From NCBI RefSeq assembly GCF_009914755.1, contig NC_060937.1: a DNA stretch of 64,000 bases. The stretch is one strand, 5' to 3'. Origin of the DNA: the human T2T-CHM13v2.0 reference genome, Homo sapiens. How positions within the stretch are numbered: the stretch's first letter is position 1; each line of letters begins with the position of its first letter. Of the stretch, positions 44,027-57,749 are shown piece after piece. Both the position numbers and the translations under genes were made by a program. The notes beneath the pieces are model-generated. The model was given only the letters and a program-made list of their open reading frames with translations, had not been told where the DNA came from and did no database searches.

Positions 44027-45830
44027 TTTATTTATTTTTAAATTGACAAATAAAAATTTTGTATATTTATCATGTGCAACATGTTGTTTTGAAATATGCG
44101 TATATTTTTGGAACAGCTAAATTGAGTGAATTAACATATTAATTACCTCATATACTTTTCATTTTTTTGTGGTGAGAACACTTAAAGTACCTTTTCTTAG
44201 CAATTTTCAAGAATACAATATATTGTTATTCATTATAGTCAGCATGTTATACAATAGATCTATTGAACTTACTCCTCCTGTCTAACTGAAATTTTGTATT
44301 CTTTGACCAACATCTTCCCAGCAACCCCACTCCCCAGTACTTGGTAACCACCATTCTCCTCTCTACTTCAGAGTCCACCTTTTTCAGATTTCACATGTAA
44401 GTGAGATCATGTGATATTTGTCTTTCTGTGCTTGACTTCTTTCACTTAACATAATGTCCTCCAGGTTAATCTTTGTTATCACAAATGACATGATTTCCTT
44501 CTTTTTATGGTGAATAGTATTCTGTTGTATAAATACCACATTTTCTTTATCCATTCACCCATCAATGGACACTTAGGTTGATTCCATATCTTGGCTATTG
44601 TGATTAGTGGTGCAATAAACATGGGACTGCAGATATCTCTTTACCATACTGATCTCATTTCCCTTGGATATATACCCAGTAATGGGATTGCTGGGTCATA
44701 TGGTAGTTCTATTTTTAATTTTTTGAGGAACCTCCATATTGTTTTCCATAATGACTGTACTAATGTGTGTCCCCATTAACACATTCCCATTGACAGTGTA
44801 CAAGGGTTTCCTTTCTCCACATCCCTGCCAACGCTTGTTATCTTTCATCTTTTTCATAATCGCCATTCTGACAGGTGTGAGGTGATATCTGATTATGGTT
44901 TTAATTTGCATTTCTCTAATGATTAATGATTTGGGCATTTTTCATATACCTGTTGGCCATCTGTATATCTTCTTTTGAGGAATATCTATTCACATCCATT
45001 GCCTATTTTTAGTCTGGTTATTTGCTTTCTTACTGTTGAGTTCTTTGCGTTCCTTATATATTTTGAATATTAACCCCTTATTGGATGTGTGGTTTGCAAA
45101 TATTTTCTTCTATTCCATAGGTTGTCCCCTCACTCCATTGTTTTCTTTGCTGTGCAGAAGCTTTTTAGTTTGATGCAATTCCATTTGTCTAATTTTGTTT
45201 TTGTTGCCTGTGCTTTTGGTATCATATCCAAAAAAAATCATTGCCCAGACCAATGTCATGGAGCTTGTCCCCTATGTTTTCTTCTAGTAGTTTTACAATT
45301 CCAGGTCCTACATTTAAGTCTTTAATCCATTTTGGTTAGATTTTTGCATGTTGTGTGAGATAAGGGTCCAATTTTGTTCTTCTGCAAGTGGATATACAGT
45401 TGTCTCAGTACTATTTATTGAAGAGACTGCCCTTCCTTCATTGTGTGTTCTTGGCACTTTCATTGAAAATCAATGGACCACAAATGCAAAGATCTATTTC
45501 TGGGCTCTCTGTTCTGTTCCACTGGTCTGTGTGTCTGTTTTTATGCCAGTACCATACTTTTTTTTCTCTCTCTCTTTTTAAAATCAGCTGAATTTAAGAT
45601 TCAAGTACAATACTGTTTTGATTACTGTAGCTTTATAGTATAGTTTGAAATCAGGTACTGTGATGTCTCCAGCTTTGTTCTTTTTGCTCATTATTGCTTT
45701 GGCCATTTGGGGTCTTTTGTGGTTTTGGACAAATTTGGGGATTATTTTTCTATTTCTGTGAAAAACGTCATTGGAATTTTCATAAGGATTGCATTGAATC
45801 TGTAGATCACATTGGATAGTATTAACAATA
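44027..45830 (-). mobile_element. 5'-truncated L1MA (3' UTR plus decayed ORF2 C-terminus)
   Basis: Peptide SLIIREMQIKTIIRYHLTPVRMA...CGERKPLYTV is the L1 ORF2 C-terminal region; T-rich tail at left. Confidence 0.93.
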
Positions 45831-46624
45831 TGCCAACAATAACAAGTTTAGTTTCTTATTCTGACTCCCTCTTCCATCTTGAATGGGATCATGAAAGACT
45901 CTTTGCATGCATTGGGTGTGTTTGGGGTAGTGCTGAGGTGATGTTACTCTTTAAAAGCATCCCAGTAATCCTTTTGTAAGGTTGAGAATCTCATAATTTG
46001 TAATCTTTTGAGTGTAGGTTTCCTTAGAATGAAGCATGCTTGCATCAATTTTAATCCAATCTATTGTGGTGTTTCTCATCTCCCACATCACACAGAACTG
46101 ATGAGGTAACACCACATTTTACTGAGCGCATTTTTATGATACTTAATTTTCAATGGCAATTATTATAAAATCTAAATTCAAGGTCTGAGCCTAAATTTTA
46201 GGACACTTGGCACCCAATTCAATATATCAAATATTACAAAATATTTATCATATCCTCTGTAGTTGCCTCTCTTGATGCCAGGCCAGATGTCACCTTATCC
46301 ATCAGAGTACACCTTGCCCCTGGGCTCACATGTGGCCTCAGACACTTTCTCAACACAGCACTTCATGCGTGCATGAACAAATAATCAGAATTGGCACGAA
46401 AAACCTGTTTGCCAGCTCTGGAATCTATCATTTATCAGTAAATTCCCCTGCAATTTGATCAGCTTTAGGCTGATAAGAAATCAGTGATGCAGTCATTGGT
46501 CTAGAATGCTGTGTCTGAGCCTGGCCAGAGCACATTTCTAGAAGACGGAATCAGTGTTCTTTAACCAAATGAATGTCATCATTTTATCCCTTCACTACAG
46601 GGATATCAGAGAGACGCCATAACA

Positions 46625-46835
46625 GGGTGGAGTCAGACACACCTGAATCAAATTCCAATCTTGCAACTTACTTGCTATATAACCCTGAACAAATTACTTA
46701 ATCTCTCTCAGCTTCAGTTTCCATAGCTGCAAAATGGGGTAATAAAACCTCCTTTAGATAGTTGACATGTGGTTATAGCAGGAAATATCAACATAACGCC
46801 TAGCACATTGCAAGCATTCGATTAATGGTAGACTG
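46625..46835 (+). mobile_element. MIR
   Basis: ggagtcagac...aacaaattacttaatctctctcagcttcagtttcc...gcaaaatggggtaataa. Confidence 0.8.
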
Positions 46836-47803
46836 TAGTTATACAATTTTCAGCAGCTGTGACTAGCAGGTATTAGGTTTTCCTGTGATGGAATTTAAAT
46901 AAAGACATATATTAGTCATTGAAAACATAACCTCAAGCCTCCAGTTGAAACCTATGAGGATGATGTCCATCATATAGGCAACTAAAGCAATCTCAATTGG
47001 GCTGTTTTCCCACTTTCTATCCAAAACATAGCTATTTGGACAGGATCCAAAATTAAACCCTTAGGAAGCGATGAGAAAAGCAGCCAGCTGTTGTCTGCAT
47101 AACTGTGGTTAACCTCTCAGCCACGCCTCTTTGGGCATTCCTCTTCAGAGAAGCAGAAAAACATGAGACACAACAGATTCAACTGCAAAATAAGTCCTTT
47201 TGACCCAGGAGATCCTGGAGGCAGCTGACATCGCAAGCAGCCTTGCTTCCCACACAGCTGTGTCCAGGCCTGATACATTTGATAAGGAGAGCTCGTCTGC
47301 AGCATTACTACCTTCTCAGCTAAAGATGATGTAGGGAGGAAAAAAGAAGAGAAGAGGAAAACGAAAGAAAATGAGTGTCATTGTATGTAGGAAGTGTTTG
47401 TTCTAAGTGCATCGTGTGGACATCTAATGCTGCCTATCAGGTGACATCATTGATAACCATTTAGGATTCCCAGAGTATCTTTTGGCAAACTTATGTTGGG
47501 CTGTGAGGACTGGGCTGTAGCCATTTCATAAGAGCACAAAGACAACTTGATCAAAGAACATAAGCAAGAAAGAATGGAGATATTTTTTAATTTGAGTCGT
47601 TTTACTTCCTTCTGGAAGCCACTTGGAATGGACACTTCAAATCAATACAATATTGGATCAAGAAGACTGCACATTTCATCCTAAGAGTGGAATCATTCAG
47701 TGCAAAGAAATAGGCTGTGGAAAGTCCTCTCCATGGGGTGATGGAGTTGCCTTGCACTCTGTGCTTCCCTAGAACAATGAGCTTCTTCCACACACTATTG
47801 TTC

Positions 47804-48104
47804 TTTTTTTTTTTTGTAGAGATAAGCTCTCGCTCTGACACCCAGGCTGGAGTGTGGTGGCACAATAATGGCTCATAGCTCACTGTAGCCTTGACTTCTG
47901 GGGCTCAAGTGATGCTCTCACCTCAGCCTCTTGAGTAGAGGACCAGAGGTGTATACCACCATCGTGGCTAATTTTGTTTATTTTTTGTGGAGACAAGGTC
48001 TCACTGTGTAGCCCAGGTTGATCTTAAACTCCTGAGCTCAAGCAGTCCTCCTGCCTTGGCCTCCCAAAGTGCTAAAATTATAGGCATGAGCCACCAGGCC
48101 CACC
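47804..48104 (-). mobile_element. Full-length AluJ
   Basis: TSD cacacactattgttc (47789-47803) / cacacactactgtcc (48106-48120). Confidence 0.95.
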
Positions 48105-48120
48105 TCACACACTACTGTCC

Positions 48121-48270
48121 TTTTTTTTTTTAAAAAAAAAAAAATAATGTTTTTAGAGATGGGGGTCTTGCCATGTTGCCCACACTGGCCTCGAACTTCT
48201 GGTTCAAACAATCCTCCCACCTTAGCCTCCCAAAGTACTGGGATCACAGTTGTGAGCCACTGTGCCCAGC
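48121..48270 (-). mobile_element. Alu left monomer (FLAM-C-like)
   Basis: gagatgggggtcttgccatgttgcc...gagccactgtgcccagc; tail region reads T11-A13. Confidence 0.88.
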
Positions 48271-48327
48271 TGAAATACTTAACAGCAATTCCTTTCCAGC
48301 TCCACTGCAACACACCCATGCATAACA

Positions 48328-48518
48328 CCTGTGGTCCTCGAACTTTAGCAGTTACAGGAATCATCTGGAGGGCTTGTTAAAATGCAGATTGCTGAGCCAC
48401 ACCCCTGGAGACTTCAATTCTGCAGTCTAGGGGTTGACTCTGAGAATTTGCATCTCTAAGAAGTTCTCAGGTGATGCCTGTGCTTCTAGTTCTGGACCCA
48501 TGCTTTCAGAACCACTGC
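48328..48518. mobile_element. MER5A
   Basis: gaatcatctggagggcttgttaaaatgcagattgctg...ctgagaatttgcatctctaag...agaaccactg. Confidence 0.85.
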
Positions 48519-48767
48519 TTTGAGGACTGGCCACACACCCGCACCCAGCTGGGGTTAATTAACTGCATGAATGAATGAGTGAGTGATAAACAAATAAATG
48601 AAAGTGTGAAAGTCCTCCTTAGCAGTCTCCTTGATATTCTCAGGATTAATATTTTTGTCTTTTAAGTATATCCTCTGCAAAACACACTCCTGCAGTAAAA
48701 GTAAGCCTGTTACTTCAATTTGAAGACCGCCTTTTTCATCCTGCCAGGCCAGATATCCTATGATAAA

Positions 48768-48829
48768 TAGTTTAGTTTTTCTTGCTGATTCCAGGGCACA
48801 TAAAGTTCTCAACTGTGAAGGTGCCAGAA
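48768..48829. repeat. Copy 1 of 62-bp core of a local diverged duplication
   Basis: 54/62 ungapped identity to 49874-49935. Confidence 0.9.
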
Positions 48830-49339
48830 GCTTTCTGGATTCAAAGTGTCTATCCAGATGGACAGACTGGGGAGCCAGGCTCTTCATTGCTTTCTCTGCT
48901 CTAAAAATTCTCAGCATTTCATTTGAACACATCAAAGCAGGCTCAGATTAAAGACAAAATGAGCTTGACACAACAAAAATGGTGCCAGCTTGGACTCCAT
49001 GACACGTTAGCCTCGAGAAGGCCGGTCTGGGGCCATTGGCCAGCGAAGAATTCACCTGGAGAGCCTGCTGCTGCTCTGTCTCTTGGCCTTGGTGTGAGCA
49101 TTTTTCACCCAAATTGGGCCACTTCTTATCCTTGTAACAGTGTAACAGCAGATTCTGTCACCCATGGCTGTTTCCCAGCTGTCTGTAGACATGTCTCATA
49201 GAATCACGTTTGTTCTCAGTTCATTTTAACAATTAATCATATTTTATCATTATAATAGTACTACATAATTGCTATAGAAAATACAGAAGAGTAGAAAAAA
49301 AGGGAGAAACCATTTATAATCCTACCATCTTAGATATAA

Positions 49340-49694
<355 letters not shown>

Positions 49695-49873
49695 GATAAT
49701 TCATATATTTTCAGTTAAGATTCTACACTTAGGATTATTTGTCTGTAATATACATGTGATGAATATATACATATATATCTTCTGAAAAGCACACTTTCTA
49801 CAGAAAAGGATGGAAAATTGTTTTCCAGTTTAAAGACTATCTTATTTTACCCAGTTAACCAACCAGCAATGTG

Positions 49874-49935
49874 TAGTTTAGTCTCTCTTGTTAATTGCAG
49901 GGCACATAAAGTTCTCAACTGCAGAGGTGCCAGAA
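49874..49935. repeat. Copy 2 of 62-bp core of a local diverged duplication
   Basis: 54/62 ungapped identity to 48768-48829. Confidence 0.9.
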
Positions 49936-50808
49936 ATTCTCTTTTTCTAATTCAAACAATAATTTTATAAATTAGATTTGAAAATGTCCCATTTAAAAAA
50001 GCTGCTTTTTAAAAACATGATTACTTAAAAATCACAGGCTGATTTTCATATTCCACTTTATTTTTTAAAATATTATTTATTTAAAGAAATAGTATATATA
50101 TTTCCCAGTGATCATATAAACTCTTTCAGAATCATTTTTTAAAAGCTCCCTTCAGTTCTTCTTACTTGAATGAGTTGTATTCTGGAAAACAAAAACAAAA
50201 AAGAAATGATGGTAGGACAGAAAGTTTTGAAGGGCAGCATTGAACTGTGTACATGTACATTGAATTGTACATGACTCCGAGGCTGTTTCAGTGAGCTGAT
50301 AAGAAAAATGACAACATGACTGTGAAAATCAGGCCAATCAGTAAAAAAGAAAAGTCTTAAGCCAGATAATTAAGTCAAAATAAAAATCAGTTTTGAGGCC
50401 CACATTCAAGTTCAGTGAGTCTTCATTTATGCCAATCACCAAATAGTTGTCAGGGGTCTGCTTCTTTTTGTGTAGCATGAACCAAGGTGGAAGTGTCCTC
50501 TAGTTGGTGTAGCTATGTAAATTCCAGTGGATCTGAACAGAAGTCTTAACTTGGCCTTCCCCACACAGGAGATGATCACTCTTCCTCAAATTGCCTTTAA
50601 ATAGAGTGGCGCCTCACCAGCACTGTCAGAGGGCAATTTACTTCTCCACTGAGAGCTGGCAAGCCAACATTTCCACTGCCTGGGAGTGGCTAACGAGAGA
50701 ATGCAATAACATTGCACAATCACTGTTAAATATGAGGTTGAAAATGTAAACATAGGTCACCTTTTTGTAGAAAATAGATGAAGTATTTAATTCATTTCCT
50801 GATACTAA

Positions 50809-51154
<346 letters not shown>

Positions 51155-51392
51155 TAATGAAATGCCACGTAGTGGATTGATAGATGTGTCCATGCACTCA
51201 TGCATGCTTAATCTTTTTAGGAGCACGAAATGAATATACATTCCAAAAACTCCCAGTAAAAATTGCAAGGTCAGTAGTATTATCAAAATACATTTGCCAT
51301 CATCGAGACCAAAAAATATTCCCTTGACATCTAACAGATGTAATGAATCTTGTTCTAAACTAGTTATATTGGCCTGTGTGTGAGACGACTGC

Positions 51393-51890
51393 TGTGTTAG
51401 ATTCCTAGGGCTGTCATGACAATGTACCACAAACTGGGTGGCTTAAAACAACAGAAATTTATTCTTTTACAGTTCTGGAGGCCAGAAGTTCAGGATCAAG
51501 GTGTGGTCACTTCTGGGACCGTAGTGTTCCCTTCAACAGGATGGCAGGGTTGGTTCTTTCTGGGGGTTGAGGGAGAGTCCATTCCAAGTCTCTCTCTTAG
51601 ATTCTGGTATTTGCCTGGCAATCCTTGGTGTTCCTTGGCTTGTAGGCACACAACTCCAGTCCCTACCTTCTCTACCTCCCTTGTCACATAGCATTCTTTC
51701 TACGTCTGTGTCCAAACTCCCCTCTTTATAAGGACACCAGTCACTGGATTAGAGTCCACACTAATCCAGTATAACCTCATCTTAACTTGATGACATCTGC
51801 ACAGATTCTGTTTCAACATAAGGTCACATTTACAGGGTTAGAAAGATACATGAACGTATCTTTCTGGGGGACACAATTCAACCCAAAACA
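51393..51890 (-). mobile_element. MaLR solo LTR (MLT1B/C-like)
   Basis: accacaaactgggtggcttaaaacaacagaaatttattc...ggggacacaattcaacccaaaaca. Confidence 0.88.
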
Positions 51891-51894
51891 ACTA

Positions 51895-52243
51895 CAGACA
51901 TTCCTTGATGAATGATTTTTCAAGTTTATGATGAAGTGAAAGTGACATGCATTCAGTGGAAACTGTATTTCTAGTACCCATACAACCATTGTTTTTCACT
52001 TTTAGTACAGTATTCAATAGATTATATGAGAGATCTAACACTTTATTATAAAACAGGATTTGTGTTAGATAATTTTGCCCAATTGTAGGCTAATGCAAGT
52101 GTTCTGAGCACGTTTAAGGAAGGCTATGTTCAGCTCTGATGTTTGGTAGGTTAGGTATATTAAATGAATTTTCGACTTATAATATTTTCAATTTATGATG
52201 GGTTTATTAGGATGTGACCCCATTGTAAGTCAAGGAGCATCTG
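51895..52243 (-). mobile_element. MER47A (Tigger-type MITE)
   Basis: cag...ctg ends with TA on both sides; cccattgtaagtcaaggagcatctg terminus. Confidence 0.88.
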
Positions 52244-53611
52244 TACTTACTAAAATCTTCCAACAAACATCTGGAGAGAGCTCATCTGCATAGCTAATTT
52301 CTAAAGACATGATGATCACTTAGAAACATAAACCAACAGACTTTTGCAGTGCAGCCAGAGGCGTCCAAGACTTCTCTGTGGCCGCCCAGCTCAGGATAGC
52401 AGATCCCTCACACTCCCAACTCCTCAGTCAGAGCTTTCCCTGCGGCTCCCTGTTGCATCTCCCTTTCTTTATATGGATGCTGATGCAATACTGCTAGCAC
52501 CTTGATGATGAAGAAGAAAACTGAAAGCATACCTATTGAAAACCATGAGTAAGCTACATTTGACTGTTCTCGCCCCTCCATCCTTATTTGGATATTTTTT
52601 GTGGCTAGAAGTGCTTGCTCCTCAAACCTAGACCTTCATCTCCAATTGGATTCGTTACTGCTTCCAAACAAATCTCACACGCAGCCCAGCTTCCTCGGGC
52701 AGTGGGACAACCCGAATCAAATTGTGTGACAAATACGCAGGAAAATTCCCATGGCAGTCCAAGTGAGATAGATTCACATTAATCCTAGGCTCTGTGCTAG
52801 CCCAATAGCTACAGGACCCTGGAGGCTCATGTTGACCTAGTCTACTTTTATATCCAGATTTCTTACTTTTTTTGAATATTTCAGAGGCACTTCACTGATT
52901 TACTCTCGATGTGTGGAATGAAGACGCTCTCCATCTGACTCTTGTCTCTCTAACTAGCTACACGTTCTCTAACATAAGTAGGCCTTGGAGATGATGGTGG
53001 ATGTTTATTTAATTTAATTTACTTCTTTTTTTAACCCAAGCCAAAAATGGTCAATGATGGTAGATGTTATGAAATTAGCTCCTGACTGCGATTTACCTGG
53101 AGAATAATAGTTCCTATCTTTTAAAAATGCCCCTGAAAAGAAAAACCTTTCTGTAGGCAATGCTAAATGAGACTGAATCACCCAAATTTCATTCTAGCTC
53201 AGGAAGACAGCTTCTCACGCTCTCACATCTGGACTGCAGGCACGGGGAGGCTGGGAGCTGCCATCTCTCACTTCCAAAGGCGTGGCTGGAGGCAGCTGGA
53301 AAGCCACATCCTGTCTTATGCCAAAATGACTGAGGACATGAAGTGTGGAAAGTGGAGAGAATTTTCTCTAGCGAATGTAATAAACACTACGAACCTGTGA
53401 GTAAAACAAAAACAAAAAATAGCTTCAGGTGAAAAAAATAAATTATCAGAATCTGCCTGTGCCTAAAGGCTTCAAGCTCAATATGCATGATTAGAAGAAA
53501 ATTTCTCCAGGGAAACTAATATCTTATTGGTACTACCCCTGAGCCATCAGGATGGTTAAATAAGAAAAAACTGGCAACGTGGTCCAAATGCTTCCCTGCT
53601 ACTGGGACATG

Positions 53612-53838
53612 TGTGATTGAATTACATAGAGAGACTATCAATCATATTTATTTGGCTTATCATGATTAAATCTTGAGTTTGGGATAAGTCGAAGTGACAT
53701 CATGCCTTCCAGGGGTCCTTGATTTTGTGATTGAATTACATAGAGAGACTATCAATCATATTTATTTGGCTTATCATGATTAAATCTTGAGTTTGGGATA
53801 AGTCGAAGTGACATCATGCCTTCCAGGGGTCCTTGATT
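53612..53838. repeat. Perfect tandem duplication, 2 x 113 bp
   Basis: 53612-53724 is identical to 53726-53838, separated by one T. Confidence 0.97.
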
Positions 53839-56800
53839 GAGATGATAGTGTCGCCTCCTTCCTTGGGGGTTTTCTGAGTCCCAGCACGAAGTAGAGTCTC
53901 CTATTTTGCATTCAGTGCAATAAATGCTCCCATGGAGTGTTGCCAGAAATATACATGCATTTAAAAGTTTGGCCTGGCATTCAAAAGTTAAGCAGCCAAA
54001 AGCACAAAGCAAAGAATGAGCAAGAGCACAGTGAGAATGTTTGCTTGGCCTAGCATTGAGAAATGAGGCCCCATGAGCAGAGTGGGGCTGTAGTGATTAT
54101 GAACACAAAGCCATCCCCTCGCCTAGGTGTCCGAGTAGACCCCCCTTCCCCCACTGCCTCCCACCATGTCACCAGATGGCTGGCTTCTCTCAGCCACCGT
54201 GGAGGAGGCACCGAGGAGGGCCATTCCCCTCTCCAATGCAGAATCCTCATGGAAGACAAAGGCAGATGGTTTTTCAGATTCGATTCCGAGACCTGATGAA
54301 TGACCATCTCGACAGACTGCCATTCATGTGTTGTTCCAGTCCCTTCTTTCTGCCTGCCACAAATTTGCTCTCGGTGAACCCCTGGGACAACCAGCCAGGA
54401 GCATTTCAGGGCTAATGATCTAAAAGACGAGCAAGGGGAGAAGTCAAAGCCCTGTGTCTGGCTGGTGCAGGACTAAGGAGGGGGCAGACAAGAGCTCTGT
54501 GTTATAAACAAGGGCATCGCCTGGGCTCTAGCATCAGGAGCAAATGTTAGACTGTGTGTGTAGGACTAGCTGTAGGTCCAGTGTGATGTGAGACCAGGTT
54601 TATTTTGATTTCCTCCCTCCACTTTTTACCTCTGTCCTCTGTCCTAGTGAGCCCCATAAGTACAACCATCACCCTGGGGCCACCCACTGGTTATCTCCAA
54701 CCTGCAGCAAAAACCCTCGCAGTGTTCCACACTCCAGACCTTGCCAGGTCTGGCCCTATTAAGATGTGCTTGCTCTGCTGCCTGGCAGTGATGTACTGTG
54801 TTGCCCTGTGGGTGTGCTTTGGCAGGGCCTCTCATTCTTTGGAGGTAGGCAGGGGGAGGGAAAGGCATTACACCTCCTATATGCTTTGTGAGATCTTTCT
54901 GTACCATATCTAATGGAATACTTCCTGCCATCCTAGGGGGCAGGGGGCATTAGCACCATATTCCAGACAAGCAAAAGCTGAGAGAGGTCAAGTTGGAAAT
55001 GTTGGAAATCTCACACCAGTCCAGAACAGAACCAGGATTCCAGCTCTGTTTGCTCAAAGCCCATGTTCTTTCTCCAACCTCATGGGAACAGGCAGTGGGA
55101 GCCTAAGGCCAATGAGTCACGGTTAGCCTAGAGGATCCTTTGCAGCAAGCTGTATCACACCCCAGAGTGCCTGCTGATTGGTGTGATGATCCCAGGCCTC
55201 TGAAGAGGCAGTCGAGCCCTGGCTCTTTGTCTGGGAGCCTCTAATGGCAGCTTCCACTTGGTTCCTTCACTTCAAGTTACTGTTGTAGGTGCATTTCTCC
55301 CTCTATGGAACCTTAGATATTGTCACTGTGCATTTATGTCCCTGGTTCCCCAGCACATGCTTGTGAAATCAGTAAATTCAATCTAATGAGTATACACAAT
55401 GCATTGCTATAAAATGCACCTATAAGCAGTGCAGTTCTAAGGCTGGGACCCGAATTAGCGATTTGTCATCTGAAGAGGAGATTCCATCGGCCACCAAGGT
55501 GCATATATGAGCAGGGTTTCTCTGAACAGCAGGACTTGAACACCTGCAGGACTTTTCAGGCAATTCTCTTCCTTTTTTTTCTGTATCCTAAACAGCATTC
55601 GGAGTTAAAAGAGACAGTCAAGACACATCTGTTGGGTTGATGATGCAAAGGCTATACATTTAAGAAGAAACGCAACTTTGAATGTGAAAATCCTGGAACA
55701 TGTTCTTGGTCCTCTGACCCAGAACAGAATTTTAAAAAAATTTTCACTTCCACTGAAAAACAAAGTAATAAAGTTATTGTAGAAGACAATTCTCAATTGT
55801 TGCAATAATAAGAAATAGAGTCAACATTCATGCCATATTCTCCACGTGTCATTTTAACCACAGGTTTCTACCCTTTTGCCTAATAATTATTGAACTGAAG
55901 TTACTCATACCTTAAGGAGTGAATGGTTTCTTCTTGCTCTGCCCCAGGATATGATCCAGAGGCAGTGGTCATTCCAAACTGAGGGTCAATAAAGATGAAG
56001 GCAGCTTCCATAATCCATATTTGTTTGATCATGAATTATTGAGTCAGTTTATTTAACAGTCATTTCTTTAGTGTTTATCATATGGCCCTTACTGTGTTAT
56101 GATTTCTCTTTAATCACAGATGGTGCTCACACAAAGGTCCCAGGACTTGGCTGTGCTACTGGCCTTCAAGGAGCTCTCTTTGAGGGGCTAATAAAAGATT
56201 TAACAAAGCATGGAAGGAAAGAGGAATAATAGGAATGCAGAACTTTTGTTCCTATTGAGACCATAACTACAAGATGGGGATGTGGGGGATGAGGGTTTCC
56301 CCAGGGTCCCCCATGAAGGCAAAATAGAAAACCATAGTGGAAAATAGCAACTCAAATGGCTACATGGCATTCCTTATTGCCTTGAAATTAGGGTGGTACA
56401 GACCAAGCAAAAGATCCTCTGGATATGTGTGGCTTTGAGTGTGAGGGTGGAGGTAGGAATGAGTGGGGAGAGGTGGGAATAGAGGAGGATTCAGGAAAAG
56501 GCAAAAGCTAGGTGGTTCTGAGGTTCTGAACCTGCTCCTCCCAACATCCTGGTTCGTTACTGCCCATGCTTGGATCCCTCTGGGCTGCTCCTTGGCTGGC
56601 TGACCGGGAGTCCCAGAGGTGCCTTGCAACAGGAAAGTCCTGGGTCAGGACCAGACTGCCCAGTCTAGTGATACTGTGGATGGGTGTGGCCTCGTGGGGC
56701 TGTGGTGGCCTCATGGGTGACCATTGCTGGCAGGAAGAAGGGCTCCAGCTCCAGGCAGCCTGCTGCCAATTGCCTCCCTGCATTCAGCTCCTTGTCACTC

Positions 56801-57119
56801 CCCTGGAAGGAAGGGCTGGGGGGACTTCACTTCTCTCTGCTGCGTCTGGTCATGACCGCCTTGCAACCAGCTGCTTCTGCTCCTGCCTGGAGCCTCCCAC
56901 TGAACCCCATGACAAGGACACTGTGCTGGGATTGTTTTTATTAGAAACAGGTTCTAACGTCATGCTTTCATTCAATCATTTTACTGACAGGCACAGAACA
57001 CCGCCATGGAGCACACACCATGCTTGGTGCAGGGAAAAAATAAGTAAGACAAGGTCTGATATTGGGAGCTCAAGTTTAGAATGAGACAGCTATACAAACA
57101 AGAACAAGTGGCAATAGAC

Positions 57120-57385
57120 TGTAATACATACTGCATGATTTCAATTGTATGACATTTTTGAAAATGTCATATAGAGAGGCCAAACTAGAGAGACCAAAAA
57201 CAGATCAGGAGCTGGGGGGAGGAATCAACTACAGAGAGATGTAAGGGATTTTTTGGGTGGGGGCAGTAATGAAACTATGTTGTTGGTGTTGATTACACTA
57301 CTAACTGTATTTATCAAAACTCACAGAAATGTACCCTAAAAGGAGTGAATTTTACTGTATGTATTGTAAGTTGATATTCATAAAA
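57120..57385 (+). mobile_element. Old L1ME-type 3' end
   Basis: atacatactgcatgatttc...tatcaaaactcacagaaatgtaccctaaaaggagtgaattttactgtatgta. Confidence 0.7.
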
Positions 57386-57749
57386 GGAAAATAAATTGCA
57401 ATTGAGTCTGGTAAGCACTGTAATGGCATAACGCACAAAAAGTCACAAAGGAGGAGGTAAGCAGCTCTTCCTGTAAAGGTACGGGAAAGAGAATCAGGAA
57501 GACTTTACAGAGAGGAGAACAATTAACTTGTGGTTCTAAAGATGACAGGAGTTTGCCAGGGAGACAGGAGAGAGAGAACATTTCGTGTAGAGGCACCAGC
57601 AGGTGCAAAGGTACGGAGGTCAGGCAGCAAGCCCCATGTGTTCTGTGAGCTTCACCTCATGTGGTACATCTGGCCCATCTGCAGGAGTCTGAGCATGGAC
57701 AGTCCTATATGTGATTGGGTGAGGACAATGCTTTTTTCTTTGCTTTTCA

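Noticed and set aside
48121-48144. T11-A13 perfect hairpin
   Set aside because: Lies in an Alu monomer tail; a common homopolymer slippage product
53612-53838. CRISPR-like or satellite array
   Set aside because: Only two units, no spacers, primate context; no CRISPR, rRNA or tRNA gene seen anywhere in the window
56566-57084. 172-aa ORF in GC-richer sequence
   Set aside because: Non-ATG start, no recognisable domain, overlapping ORFs on both strands, runs into an L2-like relic
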